Shown here: positions 1 through 8,849 of the stretch, one piece after another
Layout of the letters: each line of letters begins with the position of its first letter
Position numbering within the stretch: position 1 is the first letter of the stretch
Assembly: GCA_963542765.1 (NCBI GenBank)
Contig: CAUTYU010000010.1
Location: 442-64,441 of the forward strand
DNA length: 64,000 nt
Origin: an uncultured Desulfovibrionales bacterium
GTDB lineage: Bacteria; Desulfobacterota; Desulfovibrionia; Desulfovibrionales; Desulfomicrobiaceae
Reading direction: 5' to 3'
Translations under genes and position numbers: made by a program
The notes under the pieces: generated by a model
What the model was told of the DNA's origin: nothing
The model's input: the letters and a program-made list of their open reading frames with translations, nothing else
The model's database searches: none

Positions 1-328
1 AAAATAGTACCGGCTCGCCGCCGTCCAGAGGCTCGGCGTAGACGCCAAATTCCCGTATCCACCAGCCGCCGACATCGGCAGGCACAATACAATTTATCCA
101 TACAATGGACTTATCAGTTATATCTAACTGATAACGGTCAATCGCTCTGCGATGAGTTTCATTTTTAAGAGCCGTTTCTTTACCGCTCGGCTCGGGAATT
201 TCACCCCCGCCGTCTCCGACCGCAATCGCCGTGAGCTTCACGGTCTTACTCTCGGCGAGTGCTTTTGCAGCGAGCTGCGAGCCGACTTCGGTCAAAATCG
301 TAAAATATTTTTGTTTTTTTTCAGACAT
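1..328 (-). CDS. phage tail fibre protein, N-terminal part (P2 gpH-like); remainder lies outside the window
   Basis: Absent from the ORF track because it runs off the window. My minus-strand translation from ATG at 328 reads MSEKKQKYFTILTEVGSQLAAKALAESKTVKLTAIAVGDGGGEIPEPSGKETALKNETHRRAIDRYQLD...VPADVGGWWIREFGVYAEPLDGGEPVLF. It carries the AVGDGGG and VGGxxxRExGxY signatures of P2 H-type fibre N-termini and follows the gpI-like gene. Confidence 0.85.
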   Translation of the reverse strand, partial: MSEKKQKYFTILTEVGSQLAAKALAESKTVKLTAIAVGDGGGEIPEPSGKETALKNETHRRAIDRYQLDITDKSIVWINCIVPADVGGWWIREFGVYAEPLDGGEPVLF

Positions 329-364
329 TTTTACTCCTTTTTTTTAAATTTAACAGCAGCTAAA

Positions 365-970
365 TCATCCAATATTAGTTTTTGTATGAATTACTGCCGC
401 CGTACCGATAATGATTGTCAATCTCGGCGGCGTGGCGACATACATTTCGCTTTTGTACCGAGTCTTTCCGATACAACCGACAGCGATTTTGACAGCGGTT
501 TCAGCGGACTGCGTTTTTGTTTCGAGACATTCAAGGCAGCTGCGGACATTTTTCCAAGAGTCGATTACACTGAAAATCAACGCCAGATTTTTCGGAGTGA
601 AAAAATCTCCCGCCGAACCGAAATTAACTTTGAAGTAAAAAGGCTTTCCGCCGTACTCGAACCATTCTGACAATTTTATATCAATCCCTGTAGTTGTTTT
701 AACTGCAAGTTCGACCCCTGATTTCGTCCCCTTTCTTGTAAGTAGTTTACAGCTCTGAATTATTGCCGCTCTTTGCATATCTTCACCAGATAAAGAATAA
801 AAGAACGGCACTGCAAACTGCAGTGCAATTATTGACAAAAAGCTGCTATGTACTTCGTGTATGTCCGAAGTATTTAAAACTGTCGTTTTATCTCGTAACT
901 CGCTATCCAATTGCCAAAGCAAGTCGTCAAAAATTTGCAATCGTGTGTTTTGAAAAATTGTTGGTAACAT
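365..970 (-). CDS. phage tail/baseplate protein I (P2 gpI / Mu gp48-like)
   Basis: 201 aa. N-terminal MLP..., then LTRKGTKSGVELAV and SEWFEYGGKPFYFKV, resembling the conserved KGT...EW...F core of gpI. It sits immediately upstream of the fibre gene. Confidence 0.75.
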   Translation of the reverse strand: MLPTIFQNTRLQIFDDLLWQLDSELRDKTTVLNTSDIHEVHSSFLSIIALQFAVPFFYSLSGEDMQRAAIIQSCKLLTRKGTKSGVELAVKTTTGIDIKLSEWFEYGGKPFYFKVNFGSAGDFFTPKNLALIFSVIDSWKNVRSCLECLETKTQSAETAVKIAVGCIGKTRYKSEMYVATPPRLTIIIGTAAVIHTKTNIG

Positions 971-998
971 GGGAAGAAATATTTAATAAAAGAAAAAA

Positions 999-1016
999 CA
1001 GCTTTGCTTTAAAGAC
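999..1016 (+). promoter_or_regulatory. candidate late-promoter/activator motif CAGCTTTGCTTTAAAGAC (partner at 16397..16416)
   Basis: Lies in the divergent intergenic region between gpI (-) and sheath (+). A near-identical motif occurs in the other divergent late intergenic region. Confidence 0.3.
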
Positions 1017-1096
1017 TTTTAAAAATTCAATATCGAATAATTTACAATCAATAATTGTAGTAAGGAAATATTTTAAAACAAAAAAAGGAGTTTTAA

Positions 1097-2287
1097 ATGG
1101 GATTTTTACATGGCGTGGAGACTTTTGAGCTGCAAGAGGGTCCTGCACAAGTACAGGAAGTAAAATCGGCGGTCGTAGGTCTTGTCGGAACGGCTAGCAA
1201 AGGTGAACCGGGCGTAATGCATATTTGTCGAAGCAGAAAAGATGTCGAGCTTATCTTTGGTCAAGATGAAGGCGGTACACTTTTAAAAGCTTTTGATGCT
1301 GTTTTCGATCATGTCAACACGACTGTTGTGGCAATTAATGCTTTTGACCCGCTTAAACACTCGGCAGGCATTGAAAGCGTTACGGCAGGCGACATTATTG
1401 AAGTCATACCTGCTTTTGAGTCCTGTCTTGCACAATTCGGGTTTTTCCCGAAGCTGCTTATTGCTCCGGGTTGGAGTCAGCATGTTGGAGTAGGTGCGGA
1501 GCTGGTTTCCGTTGCCGGCAAATGTCGAGCAGTGGCGATTGTGGACTGCGATCCCGATATGACTCCGGAGCAGGCTGTCGCTCAAAAAAAGCGGTACGGG
1601 CAAAATCGGGCTATTTTTTGTTATCCGCAAGTCAAGGTTTACGACACGAAAATGAATGTCGAAGTAGAAGACTGGCTTTCGGGACGTGTAGCCGGGCTTA
1701 TTGCCAAAGTCGACAAAGAAAAAGGCTACTGGCACTCGCCGAGCAATCATTTATTACAGGGAATTACGGGGGCGGCTCGTATACTTTCTTACATTCCGAA
1801 TAACGAAGACACCGAGCTTAATTATGTTAATTCACAAGGTATTGTAAGTGTTCTTAATTTTCTGGGGTCGGGATTTCGACTGTGGGGCAATCGCACCTGT
1901 GCATTCCCGTTTTCGACCACACCGGCGGACGCTTTTATTCCGTGGAGACGAACTGCCGACATTATCGAAGAATCGGTCGAATATTTTACTTTGCAGTTTT
2001 TAGACCAACCGATGTTTACTCGACCGGAAAACGCCTCTCGGGAGATGCTTTCCCGTGTCAGAGAATCTGTACAGGGGTTTTTAGATGCCTTGGTCGGCAG
2101 AGGAGCACTTGTTTACGGCAAAATCATGCTTAATCCCGATGAAAATCCTGTGAGCGAACTGGCAGGCGGTCATATCGTTTATACTTATGAATTCACACCT
2201 CCAGTTCCCGCTGAAAGAATAACTTACAAAGCCGTTGCGACCGTTACTCCGCTAAAAGAAGCATTTGCGGCGGTAATCGGAAGTTAG
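1097..2287 (+). CDS. contractile tail sheath protein (P2 FI / Mu L-like)
   Basis: 396 aa. Size, position directly before the tube gene, a strong SD (aaaggag) and sheath-like N- and C-terminal motifs (GVxT...; GxRxWGxRT). Confidence 0.9.
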   Translation: MGFLHGVETFELQEGPAQVQEVKSAVVGLVGTASKGEPGVMHICRSRKDVELIFGQDEGGTLLKAFDAVFDHVNTTVVAINAFDPLKHSAGIESVTAGDIIEVIPAFESCLAQFGFFPKLLIAPGWSQHVGVGAELVSVAGKCRAVAIVDCDPDMTPEQAVAQKKRYGQNRAIFCYPQVKVYDTKMNVEVEDWLSGRVAGLIAKVDKEKGYWHSPSNHLLQGITGAARILSYIPNNEDTELNYVNSQGIVSVLNFLGSGFRLWGNRTCAFPFSTTPADAFIPWRRTADIIEESVEYFTLQFLDQPMFTRPENASREMLSRVRESVQGFLDALVGRGALVYGKIMLNPDENPVSELAGGHIVYTYEFTPPVPAERITYKAVATVTPLKEAFAAVIGS

Positions 2288-2321
2288 GACAGATTTAAAA
2301 AACGATAAAAAAGGTGATAAA

Positions 2322-2804
2322 ATGGCAACTGTATCTTGGAGAAAAAATAAGGTTTTTTTGAACGGTATCGATTATTTCGGCTCGGCAGAAGAAGGCTCGG
2401 TTGAAATTAAACGCAAACTGATTGAGGTCGATGCTATGGGTCTTCCGGCGGCGGCAAAAATACCGTCAGGCAAATTTGAGCCGATTGTGGCTAAACTCAA
2501 GCTGAGCAATATCAGCCCTTTAAATCTGCGTACACTGCTTTTAAATGACGGCTATATTGATTTGCGAATGACGGGAGAATGTCGTCTTTTGAACGCTGCA
2601 AGCGGTACGGTAACCGAAGATATGCTTATAACGGTCATTCGCGGATATGTCGAAGAAATACCGCTTCCCGCACACAAATCAAGCGATAAATCAGAGGCGG
2701 AAATTTCAATTCACTGCCTTTTTTTGGAAGTACTTGACCGCATGGGAACTCTTTTAAAAGTCAATATTCCCGACGGTATCATTGAACCCAAAGAGCTTTC
2801 ATAA
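2322..2804 (+). CDS. tail tube protein (P2 FII-like)
   Basis: 160 aa. N-terminus KNKVFLNGIDYFGSAEEGSVEI resembles FII (NVFLNGxSYxGxA). It directly follows the sheath gene. Confidence 0.85.
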   Translation: MATVSWRKNKVFLNGIDYFGSAEEGSVEIKRKLIEVDAMGLPAAAKIPSGKFEPIVAKLKLSNISPLNLRTLLLNDGYIDLRMTGECRLLNAASGTVTEDMLITVIRGYVEEIPLPAHKSSDKSEAEISIHCLFLEVLDRMGTLLKVNIPDGIIEPKELS

Positions 2805-2814
2805 GGCAAATACA

Positions 2815-3702
2815 ATGAAAAAAATACTTGTAACTCCGGGCGTACAAAGAAACGGACAGATTGTAACACCTGCTCATCTTAAAGAGGTTTTGAGCAATTT
2901 CAACCCCGATGCTGCCGTCCCGATTACGCTTGGACATCCCTCAGATTCGCAGCTCCCCGCTTTCGGCAGGGTTACAAAGCTCTATTTGGAAAATGACGGC
3001 TCGCTTTCGGGTGATGTTGTATTCAATCCTGAACTACAAAAACTGGAATCTGAGGGATACTATACGGGTTGGAGTGTCGGGCTGAAAAAAGGGGAAAAAG
3101 GCTTTTATCTGCACCATTTGGCAATGTGCGGTGAACTTCCGCCGGCAGCGGAGATAAAAAATTTGGCTGACGGCGGAGCAAGTGAGCACAGTGTCGAACA
3201 AGTGCAATTTTTATTAACCGATACAATAGGAGATAAAAACGAAATGAACGAGGAAGAAATCAAAAAACTGGTTGCCGAACAGGTGGCGGAGCTGACAAAG
3301 GTTTTGACGACTATAGAAGCAAGACTTGAGGCATTTGAACAAAAACAGGAAGGCGAACAGAAAACACCCGAAAAAAGCGAAGAAAAAGACGAACGCGGGC
3401 AGGGAAAAACAAATGATGAAACCGAAGAAAAACTTGAGAATATGGAAAAAATGCTCAAGGCGGAACGGCTTGAAAAGCTTAAAAAACTGCTTGCTGAAAA
3501 GGGACTTACTCCCGAACAGATGAAACCGCTTTTAGAAGCGGTCGAGGCGGGCGGAGACATCACTCTTGCCGACAGTCCGTATTCACGGGTCTTACAGTTC
3601 GCCGATTCTTTGCCGTCATTACAAAAACAAGGCTTTTTAAATCTTACGGTCCCAAAAGATGGGAGCGAAGCAAAATGGAAAGACCTTGCTTCTAAAATGT
3701 AA
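2815..3702 (+). CDS. putative head maturation protease/scaffold protein (Mu gpI/Z- or P2 gpO-like)
   Basis: Start moved to MKKILV (2815) to avoid overlap with the tube gene. The N-terminal roughly 130 aa include FYLHHLAMCGELPPAAEI, like the xLxxLAxTxxPA motif of GPO-type proteins. The C-terminal E/K-rich coiled coil is typical of scaffolds. It lies upstream of the capsid gene. Confidence 0.5.
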   Translation: MKKILVTPGVQRNGQIVTPAHLKEVLSNFNPDAAVPITLGHPSDSQLPAFGRVTKLYLENDGSLSGDVVFNPELQKLESEGYYTGWSVGLKKGEKGFYLHHLAMCGELPPAAEIKNLADGGASEHSVEQVQFLLTDTIGDKNEMNEEEIKKLVAEQVAELTKVLTTIEARLEAFEQKQEGEQKTPEKSEEKDERGQGKTNDETEEKLENMEKMLKAERLEKLKKLLAEKGLTPEQMKPLLEAVEAGGDITLADSPYSRVLQFADSLPSLQKQGFLNLTVPKDGSEAKWKDLASKM

Positions 3703-3720
3703 AATTAAGGAGAAAAAAAT

Positions 3721-4071
3721 ATGTCAAGTTTTAACATCGGCTCAGCCGATATCGTTTCCAAAGAAGTTATTGACCGCTCTTATCCGCCGCTTGTGCAGGT
3801 TTTACCTGTAGACGGAACGGCGGACGATATGCCGGTTGGACTAGTGGTTTGCTACACGGCTAAAGGAGTAAAAGTCTACAACAGTACTCTTACCAACCAA
3901 AAAGTTCTTCTGGGTATAGTAACAGCCGAGTTTGACAAAAAAAAGGATAAAACGGTTCAAGTTCTTGTACACGGCACGGTTGTCCGCGAGCTTATAAGTC
4001 TCAAAGACGACCAGGATTTGACAGATGAAGTTTGGTTTGAGCTTAACAAAAACGGAATTTGGGGGCGGTAA
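3721..4071 (+). CDS. small head protein, decoration/DUF2190-like
   Basis: 116 aa, located between the protease/scaffold and the gpE-type capsid gene, which is the usual position of decoration proteins. The beta-rich composition fits. The assignment is positional and by resemblance only. Confidence 0.45.
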   Translation: MSSFNIGSADIVSKEVIDRSYPPLVQVLPVDGTADDMPVGLVVCYTAKGVKVYNSTLTNQKVLLGIVTAEFDKKKDKTVQVLVHGTVVRELISLKDDQDLTDEVWFELNKNGIWGR

Positions 4072-4301
4072 TGATTATAAGCAGTCTTCGCAAAGAGTTC
4101 GGGAATCGGTTTAACGAGTTTAACGGCAAGATTGAAAAACTTGGTACACACCCGTGGAATTTGCTCCATAATCCGAATTTTGAAACCCTGCTCAAAGAAG
4201 CCGAAACGGCACTCAATAACTTGCACGGTGCAGGGATTCGATTTCACGAATCTCTGAGCCGGCAGGCAAATCAAATAATTGACAAAAAAGAGAAAAAATA
4301 A
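4071..4301 (+). CDS. hypothetical small phage protein
   Basis: 76 aa from the ATG at 4071, which overlaps the preceding stop (TAATG). The track's TTG start at 4059 is less likely. No recognisable family. Confidence 0.4.
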   Translation: MIISSLRKEFGNRFNEFNGKIEKLGTHPWNLLHNPNFETLLKEAETALNNLHGAGIRFHESLSRQANQIIDKKEKK

Positions 4302-4310
4302 GGAGACAGT

Positions 4311-5279
4311 ATGTTGGGAGAACTTAACGGAATGTTTACGCCGGCAGCAATTGCGCAAACTATTGAGCAGGCAAAACCGCTCAATTTGCCTATCAGGCAG
4401 CTGGTTTATCGAAACAGTGAAACACACCCCCTGCCGGTTATCGGAGTTGATGAGATTGCGGCTCAAATTAAAAATATTCCGGTTGTTCGCCGCGGTACGG
4501 CAGCCGTGCCTGTCGGCGGAAACGGAAAGAGCTTTTCTTTTATCGAACCGCAGGGGGTTGATGCCTCGGATTTTGTCTCGGCGGCAACTTTGGCAAACTG
4601 GAAAATGCTCGACGGAGCCGGCTTGAATGCCGTTGTTACCAAAAAGCAGACAAAGTTGATGCGAATTTGCCAAAAAACGACCGAGGCTCTTTGTTCGCAG
4701 TCGTTGAAAGGGAAAATTGAATATCAGATGAAAACGGACGGTTCGTCCGATTTATATGAGATTTCTTTTGGCGACACGCTCAGCTACACGCCGTCGGCAA
4801 AATGGACAAGCTCAACAAAGACTGCTGATATTTTTACCGGCTTGTCCGAAATGGATTCGTTAATTCAAGACGAGGGCTGGGGCGGTGAAATCGTTACTTT
4901 GGCGGGGAAAAAAGCATTTCAAACCATTGTTGCCGCTTTGGGTGAAAAAACATCGAATGCCGTTGTTTCTTGCTCGGTAAATGACAGAGAATTGTCAATC
5001 GGCGGCTATAAAATCAAACAAGTCGCCGCTTCTTATGTCGGTTCTGACGGCAAAGCGACCAAAGAAATCGCGGAAAATGAGATTTGTATGATTGACCTTG
5101 CCGCTCCGCACACACTTTTTTACCTGGCTCTCGATGACATCGAGGCGGGACTTGTCGCCTTGCCGTTTTTTGCAAGTCCCGAACAGAAGAAAAACCCGTC
5201 GGGGATTGAAATTGTCGGTCGCTCCAAGCCTTTGCCCGCTCCGGTTTGCAAGGCTATTTGTTGGGCGAAAGTCTGTTGA
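4311..5279 (+). CDS. major capsid protein, lambda gpE family
   Basis: 322 aa. Length, N-terminal FTPAAIAQTIE..LNLP..QL and a C-terminal region resembling gpE-type capsid proteins. An SD (aaggag) precedes it and a strong hairpin follows it. Confidence 0.85.
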   Translation: MLGELNGMFTPAAIAQTIEQAKPLNLPIRQLVYRNSETHPLPVIGVDEIAAQIKNIPVVRRGTAAVPVGGNGKSFSFIEPQGVDASDFVSAATLANWKMLDGAGLNAVVTKKQTKLMRICQKTTEALCSQSLKGKIEYQMKTDGSSDLYEISFGDTLSYTPSAKWTSSTKTADIFTGLSEMDSLIQDEGWGGEIVTLAGKKAFQTIVAALGEKTSNAVVSCSVNDRELSIGGYKIKQVAASYVGSDGKATKEIAENEICMIDLAAPHTLFYLALDDIEAGLVALPFFASPEQKKNPSGIEIVGRSKPLPAPVCKAICWAKVC

Positions 5280-5287
5280 TTAAAAAT

Positions 5288-5329
5288 GGCGGGAAGCAAC
5301 ATGATACGTGCCTGTTTCCTGCCGTTTTT
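5288..5329 (+). terminator. rho-independent terminator/attenuator after the capsid gene
   Basis: 11-bp stem ggcgggaagca / tgtttcctgcc (two G-U pairs) followed by a T5 run, 9 nt after the capsid stop. Confidence 0.5.
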
Positions 5330-5432
5330 AAGTTTAAAGGCTCCTTCGTTTTTAATTGTTACTTAAAATTTATTGCGGGGGAGCTTTTTTTTATTATTAA
5401 AAACAATTCCATTTATTATTTTTAGGTACAAT

Positions 5433-5783
5433 ATGTATAACGAATTAAAAAAACTGATTTGTGCAGATGACGTGCTTGCCGTAATCGATAGCCAAATCCT
5501 TGAATCTCTCGGAGCCGACGGGCGGATGGAAACGGCAATAAATTCCGCCGTTGCGTGGTGCTGGGCGATGATTAAGCGAACCGGTGCAAATAAGCTCCCG
5601 ACGGATACGGAAATTTTGAAACTCGCCCTTGTCAAACGCTCCGCTTACGAACTTTATACCGTCTGTGATGTCGAAGAATCGGCGGAAGACAAACGCACAG
5701 ATGCCAAGGAGCTTTTGGAAGCAGTTTTGGGACTGGGCGAAAAAACAAATTGCACGGCAGGAAAAATCAGTTTTGATAATTAA
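5433..5783 (+). CDS. Mu gp36-like head-tail connector protein (DUF1320-like)
   Basis: Start taken at MYNELKKLI (5433). About 116 aa with the acidic helical pattern typical of gp36/DUF1320 proteins. Confidence 0.6.
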   Translation: MYNELKKLICADDVLAVIDSQILESLGADGRMETAINSAVAWCWAMIKRTGANKLPTDTEILKLALVKRSAYELYTVCDVEESAEDKRTDAKELLEAVLGLGEKTNCTAGKISFDN

Positions 5784-5799
5784 AAAAGGAACAGGCACA

Positions 5800-6990
5800 A
5801 TGTCAAAATATCTCAACAGACTCACGGAAAAATTTAATCCCGATAAATTTACTAAAACTCATGTTCCGCCGGCTTTTTTTTATCAGACCCCTCGCAATGG
5901 AGACTATTTTTCCGAGATTAAATTTATGAAACTGGATTCTCAAGTAGGAGCGGCTCTTGAGCTTCGAAAACGCACTGCGATGGAATTCCCCCGTCAGATT
6001 GTAGGTGACGGAAAAGCAGTCAACCTGGTCAAAAAAATATTAAGTGCTCTTACTTGGGAACACGATTTAGAAGATATGCTCGGCTGCCTTGAATATGGAT
6101 ATATGCCCAGCGAAATAATCTGGCGCTTAAAAGACGGCATTTGGACGGTGGCGGCTATTGAGCAGCGAGACCCTGCAAAATTCCGTTTTAATACGGAAAA
6201 AGGCTGGGAAGCCTCAATAGACGGTGCGTGGCAAGCTCTTCCGTCCAGAAAATTTATATTCACTACGCACAAAGCGAATTTTGAGCACCCTTACGGAATG
6301 AGCTGCCTGCTCAGTGCTTATCAAGCCTGGTCATCCAAGCTTGCCACGTCTGCGTATATGCTCAAGCTCGGCAAAAAATATGCCGTCCCTTCACTTGTGG
6401 CTCTCACCGATGCGAATAATGAGATTGAACTTGAAAAAATCTCATCAACGCTTGCCCAGCTGGAATCAAGCTCCGGGGTGGCTCTTTCCGGCGTAAGCAG
6501 CGTTTTACAGCTCGCGGCGACGGGACAAGCCGAAGCCCTGCGGGCAATCGTCGAGCATTACAATGTCGAAATTTCAAAGGCGATAACGGGTCAATCACTT
6601 GCAATGGATCAAGGCGAAACAGGATCATACGCTCAAGCACAGGTACACCGCAGCTCACTTGAACAAATGGCGGCTCAAGATATTCGGGCGCTCATCAATA
6701 AAGTTAATCGCACGCTTATTCGCTGGATTTTGGAACTCAACGGAATAAAAGGTTCGGCGGAAATTACCGTTAGTGTCGGAGGGCAACCGACGCTTGCCGA
6801 TATTTGTTCAGCTCTTTCCGCCGGTATTCCCGTTTCCAAACAGGGCATTTATGAGTTGACAGGGCTGCCGGCTCCCAAAGATGAATGGGATATGCTTGTA
6901 AACTCCCCGAATGTATCTGCTCAGAGCGATTTTTCACTCTCGGATACCAAAAGCGAAATAAAAAATGATTTTCTTTTATTGTCGATATAA
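5800..6990 (+). CDS. portal protein, Mu gp29 family (DUF935)
   Basis: Start at MSKYLNRL (5800). The upstream part of the track ORF overlaps gp36. Internal motifs (GYMPSEIIW, KKYAVPSLVA, ETGSYAQAQVH) resemble DUF935 portals. It is followed by a MuF-like gene, as in Mu. Confidence 0.8.
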   Translation: MSKYLNRLTEKFNPDKFTKTHVPPAFFYQTPRNGDYFSEIKFMKLDSQVGAALELRKRTAMEFPRQIVGDGKAVNLVKKILSALTWEHDLEDMLGCLEYGYMPSEIIWRLKDGIWTVAAIEQRDPAKFRFNTEKGWEASIDGAWQALPSRKFIFTTHKANFEHPYGMSCLLSAYQAWSSKLATSAYMLKLGKKYAVPSLVALTDANNEIELEKISSTLAQLESSSGVALSGVSSVLQLAATGQAEALRAIVEHYNVEISKAITGQSLAMDQGETGSYAQAQVHRSSLEQMAAQDIRALINKVNRTLIRWILELNGIKGSAEITVSVGGQPTLADICSALSAGIPVSKQGIYELTGLPAPKDEWDMLVNSPNVSAQSDFSLSDTKSEIKNDFLLLSI

Positions 6991-7026
6991 AAACAAATAA
7001 ATCTCAAATAAAGAGAACAAAAGATA

Positions 7027-8337
7027 ATGAAAAATCTAAAAGCGAACGACATTATGATGCGGGAAGTGTTTATGGTCGGGCAGCTCGACAGTGTTCTGGA
7101 GCAGATTAAAGAGGCTGCCGCCTATGCTATGGAACAGGATGCACTTTCTTCTTTAGGATTTGCGACAGAAATTCAAGATGCCGACACAAAGCCCCGTTCT
7201 TTTGCCGAACTGTATACGCAGGCGATGAATCTGTCTTTTTTATACGGAATGTTACATATAAAAAAGCAAGTTGAAAGTGTAAACAAAGTGATGCTTGCCG
7301 ACAGCCGGTCATTTCAAGTCAATTTTACCGAAGCCGAAGACTTCCTCGCCTCGGCGGTTGCTATACCCAAAAGCGAGTTTGAGGACTTGAGTGCCGATTT
7401 AAAATTTCGGGCATTTACAATCGCCCATGTCAGCCGTGCCGACAATATTACACGCATACAAGAAGTCTACAAGAGCTTTTTGGCAAAAGGCGGACACAAA
7501 CACGAATTGCTTGCCTCGGTGTCCGAGATTTTAACCGGGGCTGGAGTAAAAAAAGAAAATCCAGCTTGGCTGCATACGCATTTTAGGGTCAACACGATGT
7601 CCGCCTACAACGCAGGCAGAGCAAAACAAATAGAGCGTTCAAGCGGGGTTCGTTTTTTGATGTACAATGCAATCTTGGACGGACACACAACAGATTTATG
7701 CAAGAAGCTACACGGCAAGATTTTTCCCAAAAACCACCCGTTTTGGCAAAAATTTATGCCCCCGAATCACTTTAATTGCCGTGCGATTGTAACGCCTTTG
7801 AGCGAAGCACAGGTCAAAGAACGGGGGTTGAAGATCGAGGACAACAAGACAAGTGCAGGCACTGTTTACGGCGATTCGGAAGAACTCAAAAAACAACATC
7901 AGTTTACCGCAAGCCCCGTTGCACGCTGGGACGAAATCCCCGAAAGCATGGCGCAAAGGGCGACTAATGCAAAACTTTGGACAAAGATTTTGGATGAATA
8001 CTACAAAAGCTTGTCTCCACAATATTGGCAAAAAAAGCTTGCGGAAATGAAAAAGTTTACGCCGTCAAAAAAGGCGCTTGAACATATCCAATCTGAAAGA
8101 GGACGAACAATTTCAGTCGAACAAATCCTAGAAATTGTGCAATCGCCCGACCAAGTTTTTTTAGCCGTTACAAATGTTGATAAAAAAATTGTTAAATCTC
8201 TTAATGCCATTCGCTGGACAAATGATAAAAAAGGAATTATGATTGCAATAAGAAATGGCATAAGAACTGCTTATGAAATAACCAAAGAAGAAATCCAAAG
8301 AAGAAAAGCAATTTTGGGTTGGAAAGAGCTGAAATAG
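7027..8337 (+). CDS. Mu F-like head morphogenesis protein (SPP1 gp7 family)
   Basis: 436 aa. Motif MYNAILDGHTTDLCKKLHGKIFPKNHPFWQKFMPPNHFNCRAIVTPL is the Phage_Mu_F signature (D..T...C..L.G........P.H.NCR). Confidence 0.85.
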   Translation: MKNLKANDIMMREVFMVGQLDSVLEQIKEAAAYAMEQDALSSLGFATEIQDADTKPRSFAELYTQAMNLSFLYGMLHIKKQVESVNKVMLADSRSFQVNFTEAEDFLASAVAIPKSEFEDLSADLKFRAFTIAHVSRADNITRIQEVYKSFLAKGGHKHELLASVSEILTGAGVKKENPAWLHTHFRVNTMSAYNAGRAKQIERSSGVRFLMYNAILDGHTTDLCKKLHGKIFPKNHPFWQKFMPPNHFNCRAIVTPLSEAQVKERGLKIEDNKTSAGTVYGDSEELKKQHQFTASPVARWDEIPESMAQRATNAKLWTKILDEYYKSLSPQYWQKKLAEMKKFTPSKKALEHIQSERGRTISVEQILEIVQSPDQVFLAVTNVDKKIVKSLNAIRWTNDKKGIMIAIRNGIRTAYEITKEEIQRRKAILGWKELK

Positions 8338-8346
8338 GAATATACC

Positions 8347-8700
8347 ATGACCAGCGAACAAACGAGAAAAAGAAAAAAAACTCCTTTTCAATACGCTTGC
8401 GACCTCCTTTTTTCCCCACGAATCGACCTCGAAACAGAAGAAGGGCTTCGGCTTTTGGATAAGCTCTATTTTGAGAACAAACTTACCCATGAAGACCTTG
8501 AGAAAGTGTCTGAGGGGATAAAAAAGCATGGGGTCGGTTTTCTTTCCATCTTTCGGAGACTTCTTGATGCCCCGCCAACTCCTGACCGCTTCTGGTGGTT
8601 CGACCGGTCGTTGGGAGAAACCCCTGAAGAACAAATCGCCGATGATTTGAAAGACCCCGAAGCCTATCTCGAATACAGGAAACGGCTGGCAGGAAAATAA
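8347..8700 (+). CDS. hypothetical phage protein (terminal gene of the head operon)
   Basis: 117 aa with normal composition. An SD (aggaa) lies 9 nt after the MuF stop and a strong terminator follows. No family recognised. The antisense ORF 8161..8634 looks spurious. Confidence 0.5.
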   Translation: MTSEQTRKRKKTPFQYACDLLFSPRIDLETEEGLRLLDKLYFENKLTHEDLEKVSEGIKKHGVGFLSIFRRLLDAPPTPDRFWWFDRSLGETPEEQIADDLKDPEAYLEYRKRLAGK

Positions 8701-8724
8701 TTGAAAGTAAAAAACTGATAATTT

Positions 8725-8757
8725 AAAAGGGGAGCTTCGGCTCCCCCTTTGATTTTC
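8725..8757. terminator. bidirectional rho-independent terminator between convergent late operons
   Basis: aaaaggggagc-TTCG-gctccccctttg hairpin with an A-tract upstream and a T-tract downstream. Confidence 0.7.
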
Positions 8758-8760
8758 GCT

Positions 8761-8843
8761 CTCCCGGTTCCTATGCCCGACCCCCTCGGCTCCGGCTGAG
8801 CCGTTCCCGGAACGGAGTCGAAGAAGAGTCGAGGAACCGAGGG
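8761..8843. other. GC-rich nested stem-loop element (outer stem plus two internal hairpins)
   Basis: Outer stem cggttcct (8765..8772) / aggaaccg (8832..8839), extendable. Inner hairpins are ctcggc-tccg-gctgag and ccgttc-ccg-gaacgg. It lies between the tape-measure stop and the terminator. Confidence 0.4.
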
Positions 8844-8849
8844 ACGAAT

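Noticed and set aside
152-670. 172-aa plus-strand ORF spanning the fibre and gpI genes
   Set aside because: It is antisense to two genes with clear family motifs and crosses their intergenic gap. No supporting signals.
3105-4673. Minus-strand ORFs of 152 aa and 238 aa across the scaffold, decoration and capsid genes
   Set aside because: They are antisense to recognisable head genes. The Ser/Phe-rich low-complexity sequence mirrors the E/K-rich scaffold region.
8161-8634. 157-aa minus-strand ORF overlapping the MuF end and the 117-aa ORF
   Set aside because: Poor composition (Phe/Ser/Lys runs). It would run against the operon. The plus-strand ORF has an SD and a terminator.
8758-8849. Possible tRNA or tRNA fragment (GC-rich, nested stems) at the late-block boundary
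   Set aside because: Neither strand shows a 7-bp acceptor stem, a GTTCRANYC T-loop or a cloverleaf arm arrangement. I kept it only as an unexplained structured element.
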